From: Comamonadaceae bacterium
GTDB taxonomy: Bacteria; Pseudomonadota; Gammaproteobacteria; Burkholderiales; Burkholderiaceae_C
Assembly (NCBI GenBank): GCA_947447235.1
Contig: CANFJA010000001.1
Span: 1-42,085 of the forward strand
Direction of reading: 5' to 3'
Length of the DNA stretch: 42,085 nucleotides
The translations under genes and the position numbers were made by a program. Of this stretch, positions 23,566 through 33,303 are shown in pieces. Positions within the stretch are counted from its first letter, which is position 1, and the number at the start of each line of letters is the position of its first letter. The notes beneath the pieces are model-generated. The model was not told where the DNA came from, ran no database searches, and was given only the letters and a program-made list of their open reading frames with translations.

Positions 23566-24539
23566 CCTGGGGCTACCAAGCGCCATGGTGGCTGCCGGGT
23601 GGCCATATGCAAACCATCTATGCCGCCAAATTGGCCAGATCCAACGTGGGTCTTGGGATGGCTTGGCAGCGCGCGCGCTGGTCAACACCAGATGGAGATT
23701 TTGTTGACGTCGATTGGAGCGACCGAATCCAAGATGCGACACAGCCCTTGTTGGTGTTGTTTCATGGTTTAGAGGGCTCTTCAGGCAGTCACTATGCGCA
23801 GGCCTTTGCAACTCAAGCATCGATGCGCGGTTGGCGCATGGCTTTGCCACACTTTCGGGGTTGCAGTGGCGATATCAATTTGGCTCCAAGGGCTTACCAC
23901 TCAGGTGATGTGGATGAAATTGATTGGATGTTGCGTGAATTTCAAAAACAACATCAAGGGCCTCTATTTGCAGTGGGCGTCTCGCTGGGCGGCAACGCGC
24001 TCATGCGTTGGGCGGGTGATAAAGGGACGGCTGCTAAGCAAATCGTGCAGGGCATTGCTTCGATCAGCTCGCCGCTGGATTTGACCGCCAGCGGTCAAGC
24101 CATAGACCGAGGATTGAATCGGCATATCTACACCCGCATGTTTTTAAAAACCATGAAACCACGGGCGATGGAAAAACTCGCGCAGTACCCTGGCTTGTTT
24201 GATGGGCAAGCACTGATGAGCGTGCAAACTTTGTACGAATTTGACAACGTATTCACAGCACCCTTGCATGGCTATGAAAATACCGACGACTATTGGGCGC
24301 GTGCATCGGCCAAACCAGGACTGAACAACATCCGTGTACCCGCTCTGGCTTTGAATGCTTGCAATGACCCGTTTGTACCTGCATGGAGCTTGCCCAATGT
24401 GCATGAGGTGGGCGATTGGGTCACGCTGTGGCAACCTGCAACGGGCGGACATGTTGGGTTTCCTGCTGGCGCATTTCCGGCACATGTCCATGCCATGCCA
24501 ACCGCCGTCATCGACTGGTTGCAAACCCATCTGAAATGA
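23556..24539 (+). CDS. YheT-family alpha/beta hydrolase
   Basis: GHMQT, FHGLEGS, FRGCSG, GVSLGG, GGHVGF. Confidence 0.92.
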   Translation: MALTWGYQAPWWLPGGHMQTIYAAKLARSNVGLGMAWQRARWSTPDGDFVDVDWSDRIQDATQPLLVLFHGLEGSSGSHYAQAFATQASMRGWRMALPHFRGCSGDINLAPRAYHSGDVDEIDWMLREFQKQHQGPLFAVGVSLGGNALMRWAGDKGTAAKQIVQGIASISSPLDLTASGQAIDRGLNRHIYTRMFLKTMKPRAMEKLAQYPGLFDGQALMSVQTLYEFDNVFTAPLHGYENTDDYWARASAKPGLNNIRVPALALNACNDPFVPAWSLPNVHEVGDWVTLWQPATGGHVGFPAGAFPAHVHAMPTAVIDWLQTHLK

Positions 24540-24548
24540 GAGGCGCGA

Positions 24549-25073
24549 ATGGATGAACTGGTCAAACAAGCCATGGCCAAATGGCCCAACGTGCCCGACT
24601 GTTATGGATGGCTTGGGTTGGATGCACGTGGCGACTGGTACATGCGCGATGACACTGTGCAGTCCCTAGGCGACTTCCCAGCACACAAAGGCGCAAAGTT
24701 GGCACACGACAAACTCAAAGCCTTCATTGCGCGCAATTACCAAGCGGATGCAACTGGGCAGTGGTATTTTCAAAATGGACCCCAACGCGTTTTTGTTGAG
24801 TTGGAGATAACACCTTGGGTGTGGCGACTCGATGGGGACGGTCGAGTCTTATCGCACACCGATGAAGCGGCGCGTGCGCAGCGCTGCTGGATGGATGAAA
24901 TGGGCCATGTCTATTTGGAAACAAATCTCGGCATAGGCTTGGTCCACAGCATGGATGTGGGCATGGCCGCGGAGCACATCGAGTCAGGCCTGTGGGTGCC
25001 ACAGTCTGTGAGACTGTGCGACATACCGCAACGGTTCGGCTATGTGCTGAGTCCGCATGCTGCGCATGGCTAG
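24549..25073 (+). CDS. Conserved hypothetical protein (resembles DUF2946-annotated betaproteobacterial family)
   Basis: MDELVKQAMAKWPNVP.CYGWL..FQNGPQRVFVEL recognised from memory; SD GAGG. Confidence 0.75.
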   Translation: MDELVKQAMAKWPNVPDCYGWLGLDARGDWYMRDDTVQSLGDFPAHKGAKLAHDKLKAFIARNYQADATGQWYFQNGPQRVFVELEITPWVWRLDGDGRVLSHTDEAARAQRCWMDEMGHVYLETNLGIGLVHSMDVGMAAEHIESGLWVPQSVRLCDIPQRFGYVLSPHAAHG

Positions 25074-25080
25074 CTGCCAT

Positions 25081-25106
25081 AAAAAAACCGGCGAAGTCGC
25101 CGGTTT
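25081..25106 (-). terminator. Intrinsic terminator for cytochrome c5 (possibly bidirectional)
   Basis: AAAAAAACCGGCGA-AG-TCGCCGGTTT; U7 tract on minus strand. Confidence 0.8.
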
Positions 25107-25135
25107 GTCGAGAACCTTCAGACAGGGTGGTCGAA

Positions 25136-25642
25136 TTATTTGACTTCTGGTTTCTTCGGTTCTTTGAACTTGGCGCCACTTGCATTGGCCATGTAGACCA
25201 CAGCGCTTGCGACTTCGATGTCGTCATAGTCGCCACCGCCTTGTGCGCCCATGGCGCCTTTGCCTTTGAGGGCAGAGTTCCATAAGGTGTCAAAGCCCTT
25301 GGCAACGCGAGGGGCCCAAGCGCTGGCATCACCAAACTTTGGGGCGCCTGCTGCACCTGATGTGTGACATGCCGTGCACTGCGCTTTGAACACTTCTTCG
25401 CCCGACTTCATAGCGCGATTGGCATCGCGAATTTCAACCGTGCCTACTTTTTGGATTCGCTCAGCCACAGCTTCGGGTGCATTCGAAGAACCGGCTTGTG
25501 GTTTGTTGGCCGAAGTCACGTAATAGACCAAACCAATGATGATGAACACCGGAAGTACAAACGAATAAAACACAGCCAGTAGCAATTGCTTGGGGGTCTT
25601 GATGGGGCCTGTGTGGTCTTCGTCGTGTGAATGGTCGCTCAT
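25136..25642 (-). CDS. Cytochrome c5 family, membrane anchored
   Basis: PIKTPKQL + TM helix, CTACH, GAAGAPK, GKGAM; SD GAGGA. Confidence 0.92.
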   Translation of the reverse strand: MSDHSHDEDHTGPIKTPKQLLLAVFYSFVLPVFIIIGLVYYVTSANKPQAGSSNAPEAVAERIQKVGTVEIRDANRAMKSGEEVFKAQCTACHTSGAAGAPKFGDASAWAPRVAKGFDTLWNSALKGKGAMGAQGGGDYDDIEVASAVVYMANASGAKFKEPKKPEVK

Positions 25643-25726
25643 GATGGATAGATCCTCTTGGAATGTCAGCAAAACAGCCAAGATTATAGCGGCGCACCCT
25701 ACAATAGCTTGGCTATACAAAGCAAA

Positions 25727-25802
25727 GCGGCTGTAGCTCAGTGGATAGAGTATTGGCCTCCGAAGCCAAGGGTCGTGGGTTCGATCCCCGCCAGCCGCAC
25801 CA
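25727..25802 (+). tRNA. tRNA-Arg(CCG)
   Basis: 76-nt cloverleaf: acceptor GCGGCTG/CAGCCGC, anticodon arm TTGGC-CTCCGAA-GCCAA, GGTTCGATCCC T-arm, encoded CCA. Confidence 0.98.
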
Positions 25803-25807
25803 AAAGA

Positions 25808-26245
25808 CTAACGCGCACGCTGAGGACGCAGGCCCTGCTTTTTCGTTACGTCGATGACGCCGACAGCAGCGGCTCGCACAAGACGGCGAAACGTGGGGCA
25901 CTCTAGATGGCTGGGTGCTGAGCATGCTGCCGCATGCCGAAGTCCATCTCGCATCGCACTCAATTGATGAATCGTCGCATCAAGCTCATTCGCCTTGGCT
26001 TTGAGCATCGTGCGGTCAATCTGTGTCGACCCATCCGCCGCAAACATGCTTTTGATCTCGTCGAGTGAAAAACCTGCGGCTCTACCCAGCCCAATCAAGG
26101 CCAGTCTTTCCGACACACTGCGATCAAACAGTCGACGAAGCCCCTTTCTGCCGACGGAGGAAATCAGCCCTTTGTCTTCATAAAAACGAAGCGCTGAACT
26201 GGAAATACCAGACAGCTTTGACAGTTCAGAGATATCTAAAACCAT
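25808..26245 (-). CDS. MerR-family transcriptional regulator
   Basis: LDISEL..SALRFYEDKGLI..GFSLDEI..C-terminal CSAPSHLECPTF; start trimmed to ATG 26245. Confidence 0.93.
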   Translation of the reverse strand: MVLDISELSKLSGISSSALRFYEDKGLISSVGRKGLRRLFDRSVSERLALIGLGRAAGFSLDEIKSMFAADGSTQIDRTMLKAKANELDATIHQLSAMRDGLRHAAACSAPSHLECPTFRRLVRAAAVGVIDVTKKQGLRPQRAR

Positions 26246-26252
26246 ACATCCC

Positions 26253-26283
26253 TTGACTTGAAGTTGACTTGAAGTGGAAAAAT
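26253..26283 (+). promoter_or_regulatory. MerR-type promoter/operator for the MFS gene
   Basis: -35 TTGACT, dyad ACTTGAAGT-TG-ACTTGAAGT overlapping the -35 and spacer, weak -10 AAAAAT at 19 bp. Confidence 0.7.
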
Positions 26284-26337
26284 ACCAGAAGAACGCGCAA
26301 AGCGCAAACCATCCATCCTGTTGCGAAGTGACACACC

Positions 26338-27774
26338 ATGCTGAAACAAGAACCATCGAAGCCCGATTCCATGAAGGCGCAAGGCAGTGGATGGACACAT
26401 TCTGTCAACTGGGTGTTGGTGAGTCTGACGCTGCCCATGTTGCTGTCTTCTTTGGGCACCAGCATTGCGAATGTGGGATTGCCAACGTTGGCAGAGGCCT
26501 TTCATGCGACGTTCCAACAGGTGCAGTGGGTTGTCATTGCCTATTTGCTGTCGATGACCACGCTGGTCGTCAGCATTGGCCGTCTGGCCGACTTGATGGG
26601 AAAACGCAGGTTGCTTCTGATGGGCCTCGTGCTCTTTACCGCGGCTTCGGCGCTGTGTGGTGTTGCGCCATCTTTGTGGCTGCTCATTGTGGGTAGGGCC
26701 GTGCAGGGCCTGGGTGCCGCTGCGATGATGGCTTTGTCTATGGCCTTTGTGGGAGAGACGGTGCCCAAAGAGAGGATTGGTCGCGCCATGGGCTTGCTCG
26801 GAACCATGTCTGCCGTTGGCACGGCACTTGGACCATCGTTGGGCGGTGTGATGATTGCAGCGCTAGGTTGGCAGGCCATTTTCCTGATCCATTTACCTTT
26901 GGGCATCCTGGCGTATGGGCTTGCGTATCGCTGCTTGCCGATGGATCTGCAACGACAAGAATCGACAGTTGCCAGATTCGACTACCTGGGCACGCTGCTC
27001 CTGGCGGTGACTGTTGGGGTGTATGCCTTGGCCATGACGCTGGGGCGTGGTCATTTCGACATGCTCAATGTGATACTTTTAGCCTTGGCTTTGGGTGGCG
27101 GCATCCTGTTCTTTCAGGTTGAAACAAGAACGACAAACCCCTTGATTCAAATGGGTCTGTTTCATAACCGCGTGCTGAATGCGAGCCTGATCTCGACGGC
27201 GCTGGTGGCCGCAGTGATGATGGCCACGCTGGTTGTTGGACCTTTCTACATGGCACGCGCACTGGGCATGGAAACGGCGCAGGTGGGTTTGGCCATGGCA
27301 GTCGGGCCAGTTGTTGCCATCGTGAGCGGCATTCCGGTGGGTCGTCTGACAGATCGCTTTGGTGCGCAACGCATCTCCGTGACAGGACTCGCTTTCATGC
27401 TGTTGGGCTTGACGGGTATTGCAGCCATGCCGATCCAATATGGGGTCGCGGGTTACCTTGTGCCCCTCGTCATCACCACCATGGGCTACGTGCTGTTTCA
27501 GACCGCTAACAACACCGCCGTGATGGCCAAACTCCTTCCCGATCAGCGCGGCGTCATTTCGGGCCTGCTCAGCCTGTCGCGCAATCTTGGCCTCATCACG
27601 GGGGCCTCGTTGATGGGCGCCATCTTTGCTTTCGCATCAGGTCCGATAGACGTCACATCCGCGCCTGCAGCTGCCATCGCCACGGGGATGCGGGTCACGT
27701 TCTGTATTGCGGTGATGTGGGTGGCGGTTGCGCTGGCTCTGACGGTGACAGCCCGCACCCCAATGCAGCGCTGA
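26338..27774 (+). CDS. MFS efflux transporter, 14-TM DHA2-like
   Basis: SIANVGLP, GRLADLMGKRR motif A, GPSLGG motif C, WQAIFLI. Confidence 0.93.
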   Translation: MLKQEPSKPDSMKAQGSGWTHSVNWVLVSLTLPMLLSSLGTSIANVGLPTLAEAFHATFQQVQWVVIAYLLSMTTLVVSIGRLADLMGKRRLLLMGLVLFTAASALCGVAPSLWLLIVGRAVQGLGAAAMMALSMAFVGETVPKERIGRAMGLLGTMSAVGTALGPSLGGVMIAALGWQAIFLIHLPLGILAYGLAYRCLPMDLQRQESTVARFDYLGTLLLAVTVGVYALAMTLGRGHFDMLNVILLALALGGGILFFQVETRTTNPLIQMGLFHNRVLNASLISTALVAAVMMATLVVGPFYMARALGMETAQVGLAMAVGPVVAIVSGIPVGRLTDRFGAQRISVTGLAFMLLGLTGIAAMPIQYGVAGYLVPLVITTMGYVLFQTANNTAVMAKLLPDQRGVISGLLSLSRNLGLITGASLMGAIFAFASGPIDVTSAPAAAIATGMRVTFCIAVMWVAVALALTVTARTPMQR

Positions 27775-27795
27775 TTTGCCGCCAGCCGCTCCGTC

Positions 27796-28707
27796 TCACG
27801 TGGTATTTTTTAAGACCAGGGCTCTTTCGTAAAGCGCATTGCGACCTTCGCCGGTCAGTTCTGCAGCCAGTTTGACGGCTGTCTTGAGTGGCAGCTCGGC
27901 CAACAACACGCGCAGCACACGGTCATGGTCTTGACCTGCTGTGGAGACCTCGGCTCGGGCATGCAGCACCAAAGCAAACTCACCTTTCAAGCGTTGTGGT
28001 TTGGCGCTCAACCAAGCACTGAAGTCTTGCGCAGCCAGCGTGTCAATTTCCTCAAACTGCTTGGTCAGCTCGCGGCCTACTGTCAGCTGTCGTTCGCCCA
28101 ATGTTCCCAGTGCTGCTGCCAGCGCTTCTATGCGGTGGGGTGCCTCAAGAAGCACCTGGGTGCGCGGGTCTTCACCCATCGTGTGCACAGCCTGTTGACG
28201 CTCTGCAGTTTTGCTGGAGAGAAAACCCACAAAGACGAACCCAGACGCATCGGGCGCGGGCGAGCCACAGGCGCTCAAAAGGGCGGTGACGCTGCTCGCG
28301 CCTGGCAGTGGCAACACGCGCAAACCTGCAGCACGTACATGCCACACCAAACGCGCACCTGGGTCGCTCACCGCAGGCGTGCCAGCATCGCTGACGTAGG
28401 CCACGCGCTGGCCGGCTTGCAAGCGTCGTACCACCTCTTGCGAGGCCTCAGCTTCGTTGTGCTGATGCACGGCCAACCAGTGCGACGCGGCTTTGTCGAT
28501 GCCATAGGCGCGCACCATGCTTTGGGTGTGGCGTGTGTCCTCGCAGGCCAAGGTGTTGCACAGTTGCAGCACATGCAGCGCACGCAGGCTGATGTCAGCC
28601 AAATTACCAATCGGTGTGGCCACCACATACAGTGCCCCAGTTGGATAATGTTGTGCCGAAGCCGCCGCGTGTGCGGCCGACAAGGCGGAGTCAAAGTTGG
28701 CGCTCAT
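27796..28707 (-). CDS. rsmI: 16S rRNA C1402 2'-O-methyltransferase
   Basis: LYVVATPIGNL.DI, CEDTR, VSDAGTP.VSDPG, EAPHRI, RELTK.FE. Confidence 0.96.
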   Translation of the reverse strand: MSANFDSALSAAHAAASAQHYPTGALYVVATPIGNLADISLRALHVLQLCNTLACEDTRHTQSMVRAYGIDKAASHWLAVHQHNEAEASQEVVRRLQAGQRVAYVSDAGTPAVSDPGARLVWHVRAAGLRVLPLPGASSVTALLSACGSPAPDASGFVFVGFLSSKTAERQQAVHTMGEDPRTQVLLEAPHRIEALAAALGTLGERQLTVGRELTKQFEEIDTLAAQDFSAWLSAKPQRLKGEFALVLHARAEVSTAGQDHDRVLRVLLAELPLKTAVKLAAELTGEGRNALYERALVLKNTT

Positions 28708-28720
28708 CACAAAGGGGGCT

Positions 28721-29110
28721 ATGGATAACCTCAAAGGGCAAAAAAAAGACCGTGGCACCACCAAGCAAACAGGGGACGCGGCAGAGGACCTTGCATTGCG
28801 CCATCTGCAAGCGCAAGGCTTGCAACTGGTGCAACGCAATTATCGGACCCCTGGCCGAGGGGGTGGTGAAATTGACTTGATCATGCGCGACACAGACAGC
28901 ACCCTGGTGTTTGTCGAGGTGCGGCAACGCAGTCGCAGCGACCACGGCGGTGCGCTGGCCAGCATTACATTTGCGAAAAAACGGCGCATTATTTTTGCTG
29001 CCCGCCACTTCCTGATGCGTTTGCCCCAAGAGCCACCGTGCCGTTTTGATGTGGTGGCTCACGAGCCGCAAGGCCTGCAGTGGTTTCGCGCTGCTTTTGA
29101 CGCGACATAA
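28721..29110 (+). CDS. yraN: YraN / UPF0102 family protein
   Basis: GDAAE..RNYR..GEIDLIM..VFVEVR..CRFDVV; ATG 28721 behind GGGGG. Confidence 0.93.
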   Translation: MDNLKGQKKDRGTTKQTGDAAEDLALRHLQAQGLQLVQRNYRTPGRGGGEIDLIMRDTDSTLVFVEVRQRSRSDHGGALASITFAKKRRIIFAARHFLMRLPQEPPCRFDVVAHEPQGLQWFRAAFDAT

Positions 29111-30435
<1,325 letters not shown>

Positions 30436-30469
30436 CGCGCCATACGGCCTGACGATCTGTTCTGGCACA

Positions 30470-30498
30470 AAAAAGGACCGCCATGTGCGGTCCTTTTT
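30470..30498. terminator. Bidirectional intrinsic terminator
   Basis: AAAAAGGACCGC-CATGT-GCGGTCCTTTTT between convergent genes. Confidence 0.9.
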
Positions 30499-30516
30499 GT
30501 TGGCGTGCGCGCCAGC

Positions 30517-31431
30517 TTATGTCAGTCGTTTGATCAAACTCGAGGTGTCCCAGCGCTGGCCTCCCATGTGTTGTACATCGGCGTAAAACTGGTCGACCAG
30601 CGCCGTCACCGGCAAGCGCGCGCCATTGCGCTTGGCTTCGTCCATGACCAGGCCCAAGTCTTTGCGCATCCAGTCGACCGCAAAGCCAAAGTCGAACTTG
30701 TCGGCCACCATGGTCTTGCCTCGGTTGTCGAGTTGCCAGCTTTGTGCCGCGCCCTTGCCAATCACATCCAACACCAGGTTCATGTCCAAGCCGGCACGCT
30801 GACCAAAGGCAATGGCTTCGCTCAAGCCTTGCACCAAACCGGCAATGCACACCTGGTTGACCATCTTGGTCAGCTGGCCTGCACCGGGTTCGCCCATGCG
30901 CGTGAACGCACGCGAAAAGGCCATGGCCACGGGTTTGACGCGTTCAAACACAGGGGCGTCACCGCCGCACATGACGGTCAACAAGCCGTTTTGTGCCCCG
31001 CCTTGTCCGCCTGACACGGGCGCATCGATGAAGTGGATGCCGAGGTGCTTGGCGGCCGTGTAAATCTCGCGTGCCACGTCAGCCGAAGCGGTGGTGTGGT
31101 CGACCAAGATGGCACCGGGCTTCATGCCTGCCAACGCACCATCGGCGCCAAAAATCACCGAGCGCAAATCGGCATCGTTGCCCACGCAGCAAAACACCAT
31201 GTCGGCGTCTTGGGCGGCTTCACGCGGTGTGGCCGCGCTTTTGGGCGCTTTGCTGTGGGCAAATTCGCTCACCCATGCTTGGGCTTTCGCCGCAGAACGG
31301 TTGTACACCGTCACCGCGTGGCCTGCGGTGGCCAAGTGCCCTGCCATGGGGTAGCCCATGACGCCCATGCCGATGAAGGCCACATGGGTGGAAGGGGCGG
31401 GTTCGTAGGTTTTGGGGTTGATGCTGGACAT
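30517..31431 (-). CDS. Beta-hydroxyacid dehydrogenase (MmsB/GarR family)
   Basis: FIGMGVMGYPMA, DAPVSGG, catalytic K in KMVNQ, KDL. Confidence 0.93.
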   Translation of the reverse strand: MSSINPKTYEPAPSTHVAFIGMGVMGYPMAGHLATAGHAVTVYNRSAAKAQAWVSEFAHSKAPKSAATPREAAQDADMVFCCVGNDADLRSVIFGADGALAGMKPGAILVDHTTASADVAREIYTAAKHLGIHFIDAPVSGGQGGAQNGLLTVMCGGDAPVFERVKPVAMAFSRAFTRMGEPGAGQLTKMVNQVCIAGLVQGLSEAIAFGQRAGLDMNLVLDVIGKGAAQSWQLDNRGKTMVADKFDFGFAVDWMRKDLGLVMDEAKRNGARLPVTALVDQFYADVQHMGGQRWDTSSLIKRLT

Positions 31432-31501
31432 GGGGTGTGCCTTGGGGTTCGAATGAAGATGCGCTGAATCATAGGCGCACCAAGGCGTGGGCCGCTGTCA
31501 C

Positions 31502-32554
31502 TCAAGCAACCAATGCGGGGGGCGTCGGGCGAATTCGCTGCTGCGCGATGGCCATTTCCATGGCTTGGGCAATGGTTTGCATGCCGTGCGCAGCGCCAGT
31601 TTGCATGGCGTTGAGAATTTGACTGGTTTTGCCCTCGCGGATCAAATGACGAATGGCTGGCGTGGCCACCAACATTTCAAACACCCCACATTGCGCTGCC
31701 CCGTCTGGTGTGGGGCACAAGGTTTGAGACAGTACACCCACCAAGGCGTCGCTGAGCTGCGTGCGCACCAAGGCTTTCTCGTGGCCGTCGAACACATCGA
31801 CCATCCGCTCGATGCTGGCGGGCGCATTGCGGGTGTGCAAACTGGCCAGCACCAAGTGGCCGGTTTCTGCGGCGCTCAGTGCCAGCCGAATGGTGTCTTG
31901 GTCGCGCAACTCGCCGACCAAAATCACATCAGGGTCTTGCCGCAAGGCCGCGCGCAAAGCCGCTGTAAAGCTCTGGCTGTGGGTGCCGACTTCGCGCTGA
32001 GTGATCAAACACTGCGCGCTGTGGTGCCCAAACTCAACCGGATCTTCCAGCGTGACCACATGTTGGCGCGTGTGCATGTTCAGGTGTTGCACCATGGCGG
32101 CCAGCGTGGTGGATTTGCCTGAACCTGTGGCGCCAGTCACCAAGAGCAAGCCCACCTGATTCAGCAACTGAGGCAGCACAAGGGGGGCGTGGAGTGTTTC
32201 CAGCCGTGGGATGGTGCTGGGGATGAGGCGCATCACGGCAGCGCAGCCATGCGCTTGCATGAAGGCATTGACCCTGAAACGACCCAGGTCCGGCAGGGCG
32301 AACGCAAAGTCCACCTCTTGGCCGGACAAAAACCGTGTGTTCAGGGGCTGGGGTACCAAGTGGGCCAGAAGGGAGAGCAGAGCCTCGTGGGTCAACAAGC
32401 CAACTGCGGGACGCAGCGCTTGCAGCGCGCCAGCCACCCGGATTTGAGGTGTGCTGCCAGCGCGCAAATGCAAATCGGAGGCCTGCACAGCAAGGGCTTG
32501 TGCCAACCAATCGTGCAGTGGCAGCGGGGTGTGTGCCAGGTGTGGCGAGTGCAT
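31502..32554 (-). CDS. pilT: Type IV pilus retraction ATPase
   Basis: GATGSGKSTT, TLEDPVE, LRQDPDVILVGELRD, ETGHL, AIRHLIRE; divergent from yggS. Confidence 0.9.
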   Translation of the reverse strand: MHSPHLAHTPLPLHDWLAQALAVQASDLHLRAGSTPQIRVAGALQALRPAVGLLTHEALLSLLAHLVPQPLNTRFLSGQEVDFAFALPDLGRFRVNAFMQAHGCAAVMRLIPSTIPRLETLHAPLVLPQLLNQVGLLLVTGATGSGKSTTLAAMVQHLNMHTRQHVVTLEDPVEFGHHSAQCLITQREVGTHSQSFTAALRAALRQDPDVILVGELRDQDTIRLALSAAETGHLVLASLHTRNAPASIERMVDVFDGHEKALVRTQLSDALVGVLSQTLCPTPDGAAQCGVFEMLVATPAIRHLIREGKTSQILNAMQTGAAHGMQTIAQAMEMAIAQQRIRPTPPALVA

Positions 32555-32582
32555 GTGCGCTCCTTGTTAAAGTTGGGCCTCA

Positions 32583-33293
32583 ATGACCCACTTGCGTGAC
32601 AACCTCTCCCACGTGCAAGCACGCATCGCTGCCGCCTGTCTTGCGAGTGCGCGCACCGTTGACCGCGTGCAGTTGTTGGCTGTATCCAAAACCTTTGGTG
32701 CCGAAGATGTGTCGGAGGTGGCGGCCTGTGGGCAGCGCGATTTTGGAGAAAACTACATCCAAGAAGGCGTAGAAAAAATCACCAAGCTTGCAGCCCAGAC
32801 TCACACCTCTGCCTTGGTGTGGCACTGCATTGGCCCCATCCAGAGCAACAAAACCAAGTTGGTGTCCGAGCACTTTGACTGGGTGCACACGGTGGACCGT
32901 TTGAAAATCGCGCAGCGACTCAACGAACAACGACCAGCCCATTTACCTGCGCTGCAGGTGTGCATCCAGGTCAACATCGATGGGGGAGACAGCAAGTCGG
33001 GTGTGGCACCCACAGAGGCACTGGCGCTGGCGCTCGAAGTGGCCAAATTGCCAAGGTTGACGCTGCGTGGCCTGATGACGATCCCGGATCCTGTCGATGG
33101 TTTTGAAGCTCAAGTGGCTGTGCACAACAAGGCACGTGCCTTGTTTGACGAGGTGAGGGTTGTTTTGAATTCGCCGCAGTTCGACACCTTGTCGATGGGC
33201 ATGACCGGCGACTTGGAAGCCGCCATTCATGCGGGCAGCACCATGGTGCGGGTCGGTACAGCGATCTTTGGCGGGCGTACCTACACAGGCTAA
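32583..33293 (+). CDS. yggS: PLP homeostasis protein
   Basis: LLAVSKT, FGENYIQE, IGPIQSNK, LSMGM, VRVGTAIFG. Confidence 0.97.
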   Translation: MTHLRDNLSHVQARIAAACLASARTVDRVQLLAVSKTFGAEDVSEVAACGQRDFGENYIQEGVEKITKLAAQTHTSALVWHCIGPIQSNKTKLVSEHFDWVHTVDRLKIAQRLNEQRPAHLPALQVCIQVNIDGGDSKSGVAPTEALALALEVAKLPRLTLRGLMTIPDPVDGFEAQVAVHNKARALFDEVRVVLNSPQFDTLSMGMTGDLEAAIHAGSTMVRVGTAIFGGRTYTG

Positions 33294-33303
33294 AAAACGG
33301 GGC

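Larger units (their letters stand above)
25788..27792. mobile_element. Putative integrase-less genomic islet (MerR + MFS) at tRNA-Arg
   Basis: Direct repeat CCGCCAGCCGCACC (25788-25801, tRNA 3' end) vs CCGCCAGCCGCTCC (27779-27792), 13/14 identical, bracketing the two genes. Confidence 0.55.
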
